Shown here: in pieces, positions 1 to 12,207 of the stretch
Position numbering within the stretch: position 1 is the first letter of the stretch
Layout of the letters: each line of letters starts with the position of its first letter
From: Octopus vulgaris
Lineage: Eukaryota
Reading direction: 5' to 3'
Length of the DNA stretch: 64,000 nt
NCBI GenBank assembly: GCA_951406725.2
Contig: OX597838.1
Span: forward strand, 12,586,001-12,650,000
Notes under the pieces: model-generated
The model's input: the letters and a program-made list of their open reading frames with translations, nothing else
What the model was told of the DNA's origin: nothing
The model's database searches: none
Translations under genes and position numbers: made by a program

Positions 1-392
1 AAACCACTAAGTTACATGAATATAAACACCGCAGTCACCAAGCAACAATGAAGGTGATGATTATTTTCCATGCAGCTGGAAGACACCCTTCCTGTTGTCA
101 ACTCCTTTTACCTGCCTATTATAACATGCGTGAAGGTGACATTGTTTAGCGGTTAGGGTGTTGTGTTCATGATTGTAAGATTGTGGTTTCAATTCTCAGC
201 CCGAGCAATGTCTTGTGTTCTTGGGCAAAACACTTCATTTCCTATTGGTCCACTCCACTCAGCAGGCAAAAGTGAGAAAATCTTGCAATGGACCAGTGTC
301 CCATCCAGAGCAGAAATTCATAAATTTATATGCCAGAGAGCCTGGGGAACCAGCCGTATGTGCCTTATGGTTTTTCTTTTTTTATACAGTTA

Positions 393-702
393 CTAGCAGT
401 ATCGCCCGGTGTTGCTCGGGTTTGTAAGGGAAATAACTATATAAGCATTTTTAGAGAGTTACTTCCCTTATACAAACCGAGCAAAAAAATGCATTAAAAA
501 TGCGAAAAAAATGATGGTAAATTTTTTTATAATCGTAGACTCGTTGTAGACGCGCGCTAATACCCAGAAGGGATCGATATGAATCACGACTATAAGATAC
601 CCGCTTTTGGTTAAACTGCACCGCAAAATGTGGGAGTAGTTAGGAATCTAAATTGGAGGAGACAGACTCTCAGACACACAACTTCAGTTTTATATATAAA
701 GA
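393..702 (-). mobile_element. Non-autonomous Helitron with intact termini
   Basis: On the minus strand it reads A|TCTTTATATATA ... CCCGAGCAACACCGGG hairpin ... CTAG|T: 5' TC, 3' hairpin plus CTAG, inserted in an AT target. Same family as 24690-25072. Confidence 0.85.
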
Positions 703-847
703 TAACATGCAGGGCTGGCTGCAGTATTCCTTGGATTTCTTTCTGCACGGCTACCAACTACCAGTTGTGTACCAACTCACAAGATAAACAGAAAATCAGT
801 AAACACCTCCCAGATCCAGTAAATGTCTAAAAGAGAAGTAAACTTAC

Positions 848-905
848 CAATAGCAAGTCGAGTGGGTTTCTTCAAGGGAGGAGGATCTTCTGAAGCTTTC
901 TGAAT
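848..905 (-). CDS. USP5: USP5/USP13 coding exon 3 (58 nt); the gene continues off the left edge
   Basis: Translates IQKASEDPPPLKKPTRLAI(G), versus USP5 DPPRKKPTRLAIG. TTTTTAG acceptor ends at 906, GTAAGT donor starts at 847, and the frame follows on from exon 2. Confidence 0.93.
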
Positions 906-984
906 CTAAAAATAAAGAAACAACATTATTACTATCATTATTATTATTATTATTATTATTGAGCAAGAGAAGGTACAAGTGTGA

Positions 985-1305
985 CTATATGCTAACAAGT
1001 AAGAGTGAATGAGAGTAGGAGTGTATGAGTGAGAGTGTGAGCAAGTGTGTGTGTGTGAGAGAGAGAGCAGGTACTAGTGTGAAAGAGAGAGAGTGTGTGT
1101 GTTTGTGTGTGTGTGAGTGAGTGAGTGACACTGTGTGCAGGTAAGTGAGAGTGTGTTTGAGCAAGTGAGAGCATGTGCAAATGAGTGTGTGCATGAGTGA
1201 AAGCAAATGCCAAAAGAGGGTGTGTGAGAGAGTGAGTGAGAGTGTGAGTTTGAGCAAGTGAGTGAGAGTGTGAGTGAGAGCATGTGTGAGCAAGTGAGAG
1301 TGTAT
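985..1305. repeat. GA/GT-rich low-complexity repeat
   Basis: Recurrent GAGCAAGTGAGAGTGTG motifs. Confidence 0.85.
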
Positions 1306-1660
1306 ACTAACAAATCTATCCTAGTACTTATATTTTAAGTCTGGTACTTATTCTATCAGTCTCTTTTACTGAACTGCTAAGTTACAGGGAAGTAAACAAG
1401 CCTCACAGTTTCCGTCTACTGAATTCACTCACAAGGCATTGGTCAATCCAGGACTGTAGCAGAAGACAACTGCCCAAGGTGCAGCATAATGAGACTGAAC
1501 CTGAAACCCTGTGGTTACAAAGCGACATTCTTAACTACAGAGGCATGCTTGTGCCTATGTTAGGTATGATATCATATACAAGTGGGCCTTGCGCAAACGT
1601 GTAAAAGAAAACAAAACTGCAAGCAGGCCATTGTAAAATGAAGTTACTAACCATCATAGA

Positions 1661-1740
1661 CAAGTGGCTTTCAACCAGGGTCCATATAACCATATACAAT
1701 TCTGTTGTTAAAATTTATCTTCAATAAATTGCTTATACTT

Positions 1741-1789
<49 letters not shown>

Positions 1790-2311
1790 TCATTATCATC
1801 ATCATCATTTAACATCCGCTTTCCGTGCTAGCATGGGTTGGACGAATGACTGAGGGCTGGCGAACCAGGTGGCTGCACCAGGCTCCAATCTTGATCTGGC
1901 AGAGTTTCTACAGCTGGATGCCCTTCTTAATGCCAACCACTCCAAGAGTGTAGTGGGTGCTTTTATGTGCCACCGGCACGGAGCCAGTCAGGCAGTACTG
2001 GCAACGACCTCACTTGAATCTTTTACACATGCCACTGGCACAGATGCCAGTAAGGCGACGTTAGTAACAATCACACTCGAATGGTGCCTTTTAAGTGCCA
2101 CTGGCACGGAGGCCAGATAGCCACTCTGGCAACGATCATGCTCGGATGGTGCTCTTAATACTCTACTAGCACGGGGCTAGAGTGCCAGTAAGGCGACGCT
2201 GGTAACGATCATGCTTGAATGGTGCCTCTTAAGTGTCACTGGCACGGAAGCCGGTTAGCCGCTCTGTCAATGATCACACTTGTATGGTGCTCTTTGCACC
2301 CCACTAGCACA

Positions 2312-2369
<58 letters not shown>

Positions 2370-2455
2370 CACACACAGTCAATGGCTGTAAAGGTCCAGT
2401 AGAGTAAAATAGGAACCAAAGGGATCCATAGGTAAAAAAATGGTTGAGAACCACT
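1661..2455. mobile_element. Old hAT MITE with nested (TA)n and SINE
   Basis: Ends CAAGTGGCTTTCAACC / GGTTGAGAACCACT, with flanking duplication ATCATAGA at 1653-1660 and 2456-2463. Confidence 0.7.
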
Positions 2456-3126
2456 ATCATAGACAAACAATTTAGCTAGGAAGTTCAAATAAGAGATATC
2501 ACCAAAGATTTTAATTGAAGTGAAGGAATGCACATTGCTTTCCATGAAATGTTTTTTAAGAATCAAGGGTAACTAATGAGGGGACATAGGAGTGTACTGC
2601 TTAAGTTTGTACCTCAATCTCTTTTACTCTTTTACTTGTTTCAGTCATTTGGCTGCGGCCAGGCTGGAGCACCGCCTTTAGTCGAGCAAATCGACCCTAG
2701 TACTTATTCTATCGGTCTCTTTTGCCGAACTGCTAAGTTACAGGGACAAACACACCAGCATTGGTTGTCAAGTGATGTTGGGGGAACAAACACAAACATA
2801 TACACATACATACATATATATATATATGTATGTGTATATGTTTGTGTGTCTTCTACTATAGCCTCGGGCCGACCAAAGCCTTGTGAGTGGATTTGGTAGA
2901 CGGAAACTGAAAGAAGACACTTGCCCAAGGTGCCACGCAGTGGGACTGAACCCGGAACCATGTGGTTGGTAAGCAAGCTACTTACCACACAGCCACTCCT
3001 ACGCCTATATGTAGAGAAACCTTAAGGACATCATCGAGGAGAAATGGGGATGGGAGTGAGAGGGTGAGAGAACGAAAGACTGAAGGTAACCTGACTGTTT
3101 CCAGTTCTCTGAAGGTAACAACTTAC

Positions 3127-3252
3127 TGTTTTTCTCCTCCGTTTAATATGCAAGAAGACACCATTGCCAGTCTTTTTGAAATGTTCTTCTACGTACAGCT
3201 TGCCTAGACCCAGAAATGTATTCATGCAAATGTACAAACCAGTTTCACTCTC
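3127..3252 (-). CDS. USP5: USP5/USP13 coding exon 2 (126 nt)
   Basis: Translates [42 protein letters not shown], versus USP5 [38 protein letters not shown]. Polypyrimidine tract plus CAG acceptor at 3255-3253, GTAAGT donor at 3126-3121, phase 0/0. Confidence 0.96.
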
Positions 3253-3459
3253 CTGGAAAAAAAAAAGAAAAAGAAAAAGAAAATAAAAAGAACAAAAAAT
3301 AAGAAGACAAATATTACATTCAGAAAAGAATTATTGGTGTGAAGAAGAAGAAAATTAAAATTCACTGAAATCAAAACCATGTCAAGATAAAAAGAAACAG
3401 TGCACACAGATTGAAGGCTACAGAGAAGCAACATAACTCCACTATGTGTGTGTGTGTGT

Positions 3460-3805
3460 GTTTCTCTCCTTGTTTCGTTTCTATGTATCTTTCTGTCGAA
3501 GAGCGTAGGCTCGAAATATAAAAGACTTTTTCTATTCCTGAGCGTTATACTAATACATTTGTTTGTTTGTACTCCACCTGCCTTCGTCTTTTGTTTATTT
3601 TCGTAAACTTTCCCTTTATATATATATATATATATTCTCTCTTTGTTTCTCTCCTTGTTTTTTTTCTGTGTATCTTTCTGTAGAAGAGCGTAGGCTCGAA
3701 ATGTAAAAGACTTTTTCTATTCCTGAGCGCTATACTAATACATTTGTTTGTTTTCTACACCACCTGTCTTCGTCTTTTGTTTATTTTCGTAAACTTTCCC
3801 TTTAT
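3460..3805 (+). mobile_element. Tandem 185-bp Penelope-like pLTR units, each with a minimal hammerhead-like motif
   Basis: Two direct copies separated by (TA)n. Each has TCTTT-CTGTNGA-A-GAGC-GTAG-GCTC-GAAA-NN-TA-AAAGA (3488-3525 and 3673-3710). Confidence 0.65.
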
Positions 3806-4024
3806 ACTTATATATATATACACACATGCACACAAAGAGGGGTAGGCATAGATGTGTCGTAAAAAGTTCGCTTCCCAACCACATGGTTCCGTGTTCAGTC
3901 ACACTAAGTGGCATTTACGGGCCAGTGTCTTCTACTATAGCCCCAGCTCAACCAAAGACTTGTTTGTGGATCTAGCAGACAGAAACTGAAAGAAGGCTGT
4001 TGCATGTGTATGTGCACACACACA

Positions 4025-4063
<39 letters not shown>

Positions 4064-4155
4064 CATAATTTTAGTGCCAAGCAGTGTTGAAGTATAAGCA
4101 AAGTTTAGATTAGTTAGAAAATGCTTGTGACATATTTCACCTACTTAAATGCAAA

Positions 4156-4197
<42 letters not shown>

Positions 4198-4314
4198 TAC
4201 ATACATACATACATACATGTATATATACACATATATATATTATATATATATATATATATACATACACAAATATACACATATATACATGCATATACACACA
4301 CACATATATATATA

Positions 4315-5628
4315 TTAGCAGAAATACCAGGTGTTGCCTGGGTTAAAGAGAATAATAAAATTTTAAAACGCTGTCGAGATTACGCAGGTCTCAACTGCCA
4401 GTAGCTGAGATACCGACTTTCTACATTAATAAATCTCCAACCCATCCCAGCATGGAACATGAAATGTTAAAAGAAAGTTTTCGATCCATATATGTATATA
4501 ACGTAGATACACATTATTCAAAAACACATTTTATGTAGCTTATTTCGTAATTATAAAACAGATACAGATTATAAACAATGAAACGCCAGTTTTGGTGATT
4601 CGTTTGACAGAGGTAGCAGAGAGCCAATCCAATGATAAATCTGACCTTGGACCTTGAAAGATTACATGAATCCTGGCTCAGTTAAATCTCTTGTGGCTCC
4701 AAATGATGTCATCTATAGTGTAGCATTGTATTACTCTTTACTCTTTTACTTGTTTCAGTCATTTGACTGCGGCCATGCTGGAGCACCGCCTTTTTTAGTC
4801 AAGCAACTCGACCCCGGGACTTATTCTTTGTAAGCCCAGTACTTATTCTATCAGTCTCTTTTGCCGAACCGCTAAGTGACGGGGACGTAAACACACCAGC
4901 ATCAGTTGTCAAGCAATGCTAGGGGGACAAACACAGACACACAAACATATACACACACACTTATATATATATATATATATATATATACGACGGGCTTCTT
5001 TCAGTTTCCGTCAACCAAATCCACTCACAAGGCTTCGGTCGGCCCGAGGCTATAGTAGAAGACACTTGCCCAAGGTGCCACACAGTGGGACTGAACCTGG
5101 AACCATGTGGTTGGTAAGTAAGCTACTTACCACACAGCCACTCCTGCGCCTAATTTTGTATTGTCTAATTTTGTTTTGGAAGTGCTTGGAAACCTGGTCA
5201 GTTGATGACAGCAGTTTCTTCAATGGCTCTGGATGTTGGGGGATTGCAGGGAGTTTAACCTTTACACCATTGCAGCACAGTGCAGGTGTCTTTCCAGGCA
5301 GCTTCCTTGCTTCACAATGTATGCACTCAGTTGTCATTGCACCAATGGAAACTCTAGTGTCACCTGCATAATGAACTGCTGGATCAAAATTGAAAGCTGC
5401 TTCATAGAAGTTGCTTCTCTAAGCTATTCCAACTGCTCTTCGTTCTGCAGTGGAGATCCTATTCCTTGTCAGCCATGCATACCTCTGTTCATCGCTCTGA
5501 GATGCTTGCGCTTTTGTAATGCACACTCTGTTCGTTTCTTGGTGTAATCCCCTTTCTGCATCTGTCTCAAGTGGCTAATTGGCTGACCTTGACATTGTAG
5601 ACAAATTTGACGCTTTCCTTCTAGGCAT
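4315..5628 (-). mobile_element. Deleted Helitron derivative carrying a RepHel N-terminal pseudogene
   Basis: From ATG 5628 it reads MPRRKASNLS...CIHCEARKLPGKTPALCCNGVKVKLPAIPQHPEPLKKLL...SKHFQNKIRQY (Helitron Zn-finger CxxC...CC motif) with in-frame stops. The 3' end is a CCAGG-CAACA-CCTGG hairpin plus CTAA|T at 4315. A SINE interrupts it at 4731-5151. Confidence 0.8.
4731..5151 (-). mobile_element. tRNA-derived SINE family A (representative full-length copy)
   Basis: Head GGCGCAGGAGTGGCTGTGTGGTAAG...GGTTCAGTCCC (A/B boxes), CCTTGGGCAAGTG core, internal (TA)n and GAGTAAA tail. Other copies at about 1320-1558, 2620-3007, 18122-18530, 26141-26525, 26990-27426, 33230-33595, 42160-42563, 42840-43228, 53929-54281, 57530-57770, 58442-58857, 61584-61995 and 62025-62310. 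Confidence 0.9.
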
Positions 5629-5784
5629 GGTTATATACGTACACAGAAATACACAGGTGCAGAAGATAGTAAACAATGAAAATAACTGGGTAATGGAAAT
5701 TATATTTCTTAATAGGACAGGCAGAAAGTAAATCAGAAATTTTTACAGAAAAAAAGAATTGTATGGGTTGAAACACAGCCCTCT

Positions 5785-7200
5785 CTCTTGCACACTGCAT
5801 CTAATTCTTATGCCCAAATTTTCCTTCAAAACACTAGCACTCTATTGTACATTGTACACTGACATTGCACATCCAGCAAAGCATACTAGGTTCATTCCTT
5901 TCTAGCCTTCATACGTCTTCTATATTCAGGGCCCATGTCTCACTAACATGTAGCATTGCTGTTTGTATACATGCATCATACAATCTTCCATTCACTCAGA
6001 GAGAGAGACCTTTGGTTGCCAACAGAGATAAAAGCTCTCTAAATTTTCTTCATCCTATTCTTATTCTCGAGCTTTGGTGTTGGAGAAGACTTTTACAGAT
6101 TCCATGGACAGCGAGGCTCACCGATGGAGAAGTTCTTAAGCAGATCAGGCCGAAAATGTCGCTAGAAGCTAGGATCACCAAGCATAGATTGGCATATTTC
6201 GGTCATATTATGCGGAGAAAATCCCTGGAGAAGGACATCATGCTCAGAATGGTCAGTGGCAAGAGAGGAAGAGGCCGACCAAGAACCCGCTGGCTTGACA
6301 CCATCAAGAGGGATACCAGAATGGACGTAGCAAATCTGAAAGAAGCGGCCCAGGATACAACTGACTGGAGGACACTGATCCAACAAGTGACCGAGAGTCG
6401 ACTTCGACTGAGCAGATAGAAAGATAGATTCTTATCCTAACAACTACACTTTCTGTATGACCTCCCCCACTACAAATTAGGTCTTCTAGGTAGCAGAAAT
6501 TATTCACTACTTCTAACAAGCCTTCAGGGCATCTAAACAAATCAATTTCCTGAGAATCTATAGTTTTTATGGCTCGTGCATCTTCCACATACAAATACTA
6601 ATCTGATAATCTTCCTATTTTTCCACTGCATCTCTGTGTGCCCATTAGCTTGCACTGTACACCATATGGAATTCCTGCCTACACCTTTCCTACATATCAA
6701 GCAGGGCCATTTACCTGAAGGGGCTAGAGTCCTGTTTAGTTTTCTAATCTTAAAGCCCTTCAATTTCAGGCTTTGTTTCCACACCTGGAAATTTTTTTTT
6801 TTTTCTAACTCTGATACAGAATCAGCTATAAGAGCAAAATCATCAGCATAAGGCAGTTTCCAAGGGTAGCCTGTTTTGAATTCTTCTGTTATGGCCTGGA
6901 GGACAAATATGAAAAGGAGAAGCCTAAGAATTGAGCCCTGATGAAAACCTACGTGTACAAATTCATAACTGTACTCGTTAAGTCTCACCTTACTGAAAAA
7001 CTCTGTACAGGACCTGTACAGCTTTCACAAGCCACTCGTCTACCTCTACCTTCCTCAGAACCCACCATATCACATAGTGAGGTACTCTGTCAAAGGCTTT
7101 CTCCAGATCAACAAATGCCAAGTATAACATCTTATTCTTAGCTAAATACTTTTTCTTGCAGCTGCCTGACTATGAAAATAACATCAATAGTACTTCTATT
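5785..7200 (-). mobile_element. RTE-clade LINE fragment (RT and C-terminus), degenerate
   Basis: AFVDLEKAFD-like motif, GFHQGSILRLLLF, LPYADDFALIA, and a C-terminal KFRELL...ETWAL...RLERNEPSMLCWMC. Multiple stops and frameshifts. Confidence 0.85.
6068..6428 (+). mobile_element. 5'-truncated RTE LINE 3' end nested in the older LINE
   Basis: ELWCWRRLLQIPWTAR...RLAYFGHIMRRKSLEKDIMLRMVSGKRGRGRPRTRW, with a short AGAT-type tail and an approximate flanking duplication ATTCTTAT(T/C)CT. Confidence 0.85.
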
Positions 7201-7498
7201 GAAAAGTGACATTTTGCCCCTGTGAGCTACAAGACCATGTCAAGCTCTGATATCAGCTTTAGCATGGTTTCTAGGTCCTTCCTAATACCAACCTCTTTAC
7301 AGTATGTTCTGTGTGCTTTTTTTCACTAGTACCAGTGAAGTCACTAAATAACTTATAAGCTAGAGTAAAGAAAGGAATAGGAAAAAGCCCCTTCGACTGA
7401 GTAAGAGTGTACTTGAAAAAGCAGGAGGTGACTTTATGCCAGGGACATGACCAGGTGTCTTGCATAGGAGATATATGCTACCTTGTATTATAAAAGGA

Positions 7499-7880
7499 CT
7501 AGCAGTATCGCCCGGCGTTGCTCAGGTTTGTAAGGGAAATAACTATAAAGCATTTTTAGAGAGTTATAGCCAAAAAATAGCAAAAAAATGGAAAAAAATG
7601 ATGGTAAATTTTTTTTGAGAGTTAAAAAGGTGGAGTTGCATCCCCTAGATGGTCTGTGGTTTGGGTTTCTGATTCTCGACCCCATGTCGAATTTATCGAT
7701 TTTTTTCAGAACTGGGGGAACTTTTCAAAATTTTCGCTGCGTTAGTTTTGAATTATGACATTGGGCTATGTGTGTGTCAAGTTTCATCAGAATCGGTTGA
7801 AAGCCGTGGTCAGATTGAGGGTACGAGAAAACAGACACACAGAAAACGCACAGACAAACTGCCGTTTATATAGAGAGAGA
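7499..7880 (-). mobile_element. Non-autonomous Helitron with intact termini
   Basis: Minus strand 5' A|TCTCTCTCTATATAAACGGC, 3' subterminal hairpin plus CTAG|T. It shares its 3' part with 393-702 but has a different 5' half. Confidence 0.85.
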
Positions 7881-8269
7881 TGAAAGGTAGCTAGCTGGCA
7901 GAATCGTTAGCATGCAAGACAAAATGCTTAGAAGCATTTCATTTGTCAAGTTCTAGGTTCAAATTCTACCACAGTCAAACTTTGCCTTTTATCCTTTTGG
8001 GGTTGATGAAATAAATGCCAGTCGAACATTGGGGTTGATGTAATTGACTGGCCCCTCTTCCCAAAAAATTTCAGGCCCTGTGCCAAAAGGATTATGTAAG
8101 GATGGGGGTGGGAATAGCTGGGAAAAAAAGAAAGAGTGACAATATATGTCAGAGCACACATTCAAGGTACAAGAAGGTGAGTAGAAAAGAAAATATGGAC
8201 AGTGGATCAAGAAAGAAAGAGAGGATTGGTGATTTCATAAGAATGTGAAAGGAGAGTAACAGATGGTTA

Positions 8270-8879
8270 GGGATGGAGGGAAACGCAATCTTACAGGATG
8301 ATAATGCCCTAATTCACACAGCTAAAATTGTTACTGAATGGCACAAGGAACATTCTAGTGAAGTTGAACATCTTATCTGGCCACCACAGTCCCCAGATCT
8401 CAAACACCATCCGTTCGTGGCCGTTTGCCAGCTCTCATCTGGCACCTGTGCAGGTGGCACGTAAAAAGCACCCACTACACTCATGGAGTGGTTGGCGTTA
8501 GGAAGGGCATCCAGCCGTAGAAACACTGCCAGATCAGACTGGGCCTGATGAAGCCTTCCGGCTTCACAGACCCCAGTTGAACCGTCCAACCCATGCTAGC
8601 ATGGAAAACGGACGCTAAATGATGATGATGATGATGATTTATGGTGCATTTTAGAAAAACAAGTAAGGAGTCGATATCCTCCACCACCATCACTACAAGA
8701 ACTGGAGACTGTTTTAGCTGAAGAATGGACAAAAATTCCTCTGGAAACAATTCAAACTTTGTACGAGTCCATACCTAGTGGAATTCAAGCTGTAATTACT
8801 GCCAAAGGCGGTCCTACTCCATATTAGAATAAATTTGTTTGAAATTTTAAGGTGTTTCCATTATTTTGTCCAACCCCTG
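8270..8879 (+). mobile_element. Tc1-family transposon 3' remnant split by a SINE
   Basis: ILQDDNALIHTAK...WPPQSPDL / SINE 8404-8637 / LWCILEKQVRSRYPPPPSLQELETVLAEEWTKIP...AKGGPTPY*. The right TIR GGTGTTTCCATTATTTTGTCCAACCCCTG is followed by TA. Confidence 0.88.
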
Positions 8880-9411
8880 TACACACACACAAGAGTGGTT
8901 ATGAGAGTGTTTCACGTGCACGTTTGGAAACAAAAAAGGCTCGTCTTATTTTCATCTGCTTCCAGTTCTCCGCATAACCTTGCCTAGTCTGTCTGTTGTT
9001 TCATAGACTGAGAGATTATTACCTCACCTGGAAACAGGTGGGAGGTGGCGACAGGAAGAGCATCCGGCCGTTATAAACCCTGACTTGACATTCCCTCGTC
9101 TGACCCGTGCAAGCACGGAAAAGTAGACGTTAAAGCGCTGATGGTGATACAGTGTGTATACAAAGGGGAAATAAATGCAACTGAGACTTGCATAGCTTCT
9201 ATTAACGTAGCGACATTTCTATAAATAAAACTGAAACAAGATGAGAGGTCACGGTTGGAATGTCTGAACGTAATTCTGCTCAATCTGGGCGAGCTGACTG
9301 GGAGATAAACAACTGAGTCAGTGACTCAGCTTTTAGCTTTCCTATATATAAATACACACATCAACAACAACAACATGTATAAACACAGACACAAACACAT
9401 ACTAAATACAT

Positions 9412-9826
9412 ATTTCTTTATTACCCACAAGGGGCTAAACACAGAGGGGACAAACAAGGACAGACATAGGTATTAAGTCGATTATATCGACCCCAGTGCG
9501 TAACTGGTACTTAATTTATCGACCCCGAAAGGATGAAAGGCAAAGTCGACCTCGGCGGAATTTGAACTCACAACGTAACGGCAGACGAAATACCTATTTC
9601 TTTATTACCCACAAGGGGCTAAACACAGAGGGGACAAACAAGGACAGACATAGGTATTAAGTCGATTACATCGACCCCAATGCGTAACTGGTACTTAATT
9701 TATCGACCCCGAAAGGATGAAAGGCAAAGTCGACCTCGGCGGAATTTGAACTCACAACGTAACGACAGACGAAATACCGCTAAGCATTTCGCCCGGTGTG
9801 CTAACGTTTCTGCCAGCTCTCACCCT
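9412..9826 (-). mobile_element. SINE family B head-to-tail dimer
   Basis: A full copy is followed by a 5'-truncated copy joined at AAATAG|GTATTTCGTC. Similar dimers occur at 43335-43750, 46465-46776 and 63166-63617. Confidence 0.85.
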
Positions 9827-9947
9827 ACCATTTAAAAAAAAACACACATCTTCTAGAAAGAACATGTTCGAAAAATAAAAAAAAACAGGCTGAGTGGTCC
9901 AGTTTGGGACGCCTTCGATCACTGATCTGCTAGAAGACACCAATCAA

Positions 9948-9981
<34 letters not shown>

Positions 9982-10702
9982 CATAAATAAATCGATATTA
10001 TGTCATATACTTGTATGTGTGTAAATATAAATATATACACACACACACACACACGGGTTGTTAAATGAAGACGAAGATCTCTGTAATGTAAGGATTCTAG
10101 AATATACTAAACAAGTATACGAAGTCCTATATCAACCCTGATCAAACAGATCTATAATCAAAGATGTTTCCAACCGTGACCATGCATATCGAGAACTACG
10201 TTATCTAGTGTGTGTGTCGGTAAGACGGTTAAGGATTTGGGTAAATTTGGCTGCTAATTTCGGGGGAGGACCAGAGACCTCGTAGAGTCCGCTCCCTCGC
10301 TGGTTTCGCTGTTGTATTTTTTTCGATTAACTTGTGGATGCCTCTCCACACCACGACCACCACCACCTCTGGGCTTCGATGAAGTAGTGAGAGTTAAGTC
10401 TCTTGCTCAACACTGCACAAAACCCTTTGTAGTTAGTTTATAATATAAAACATTTGCAAAGACCTATACATACATACAACCACACACGATTCTACATTAA
10501 TTAGCCGGAAACCGTACAAATATGTTATATTGGCTAAACATATGCTAGTGGCACGTTATATGTGTGAGTGTATATATATAATATTTATATATGCAAGTAT
10601 ATATACATGTAGATGTCGGTATGTACTTATATGTTTGTATGTATGCATATATTTTATTTATTACGCTATATATATACATATATATATACAATAGTGTACA
10701 GA

Positions 10703-10763
<61 letters not shown>

Positions 10764-11104
10764 AGAATTCGTCCGCATTATATTAGGCTATATATATATC
10801 CGAGAACATTTCATATTAGCATTATACAAACGAATGTGAGAATATACATACATACTGATATATGTATATGTGTGTATGCGTATGTGTATATATATATTCG
10901 ATTATTAATTAGTATTTTTTACAAAAAGGTACAAACCACACAAACACACACACATATGATAGACAGATAGACGACAAAAGCCATTATTTTGTTATCTGAA
11001 ACGAAGGAGGGACTCGGAGTAACTACGTAATGAATCATCAAATTCGAATAAATACCCCCTCTGCTGTATATATGAGTATTTTTCCTCCCGTTCGCACATG
11101 AAAA

Positions 11105-11440
11105 CGCTAATACATACATATATATATATATATATGCTAATACATACATACATATATACATACATACATATATATATATGCTAATACATACATACATATA
11201 TACATACATACATATATATATATGCTAATACATACATATATACATACATACATATATATATATATGCTAATACATACATATATACATACATATATATATA
11301 TATATATGCTAATACATACATATATACATACATACATATATATATATGCTAATACATACATATATATACATATATGCTCATACACACATACATATATATA
11401 TGCTAATACATACATACATACATACATACATATATGCTAA

Positions 11441-11476
<36 letters not shown>

Positions 11477-11634
11477 TATATATATGGTAATATATACATA
11501 CATACATATATATATATATATGCTAATACATACATACATATATATATGCTAATACATACATACATACATATATGCTAATACATACATACATACATATATG
11601 CTAATACATACATACATACATATATGCTAATACA

Positions 11635-11686
<52 letters not shown>
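11105..11686. repeat. Higher-order repeat of GCTAATAC+(ATAC)n(AT)n
   Basis: More than 10 recurrences of TATGCTAATACATACATA, separated by variable (AT)/(ATAC) runs. Confidence 0.9.
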
Positions 11687-11687
11687 G

Positions 11688-11760
11688 CAAAAACTGTCCG
11701 ATGAACGGCAAACTCAGAGTAACAGGTTTTGTTGAATTTTCTGCTGCTTTAAATAAAGTA
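11688..11760 (+). mobile_element. Second copy of the 20141 hammerhead-bearing element, stem II partly deleted
   Basis: CAAAAACTGT-CCGATGA-ACGGC-[deletion]-AAACTCAGAGTA-ACAGGTTTTG, followed by the same downstream TTGAATTTTCTGCTGCT..AAATAAAG. Confidence 0.65.
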
Positions 11761-11984
11761 TATATATACACACATATATATTCATGCACACACATATATA
11801 CATGCATATACACACACGTGTGTGTATGTATGTATGTGTATATATAAAGGCGGGTGAGAGAATATACACATAACCAATATATATATATACCAAAGGGTTT
11901 AATGCAGAGCTTTATAAATAAGAGATAGATGGATAGATGTGTGTGTATAGTTAAGAGGGGGGTCGATTAGTTTTCCTTACTTAC

Positions 11985-12083
11985 CGGTGTGTCGAATGAG
12001 TAAGCACATTCGTCTTTAAAAACTTTATCTCCAGTCGAAGGGACCTTAATTCGCTTCAAATGTGCCGTCAGTGTCCCGTACAT
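11985..12083 (-). CDS. USP5: Ubiquitin carboxyl-terminal hydrolase 5/13 (isopeptidase T), first coding exon
   Basis: Manual translation gives MYGTLTAHLKRIKVPSTGDKVFKDECAYSFDTP, matching the USP5 N-terminus ([22 protein letters not shown]). Donor GTAAGT at 11984-11979. Acceptor TTTACAG ends at 12095, so the exon starts at 12094, 11 nt before the ATG. Confidence 0.93.
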
Positions 12084-12134
12084 GTTTCCACCTTCTGTAA
12101 ACAAGATATATCTGCGATGTTATATATATATATA

Positions 12135-12139
12135 GAGAG

Positions 12140-12207
<68 letters not shown>

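Noticed and set aside
3031-3126. C-terminal part of ORF 3031..3237 as USP5 coding sequence
   Set aside because: Homology stops at the GTAAGT donor at 3126, so the remainder is intron read-through.
4916-5371. Recurrent ORFs with ASFSFRLPNPLTR..., LQLDALPNANHS... or RNWYLIYRPRKDE...
   Set aside because: They are chance frames in multi-copy SINEs, with inconsistent frames and stops between copies.
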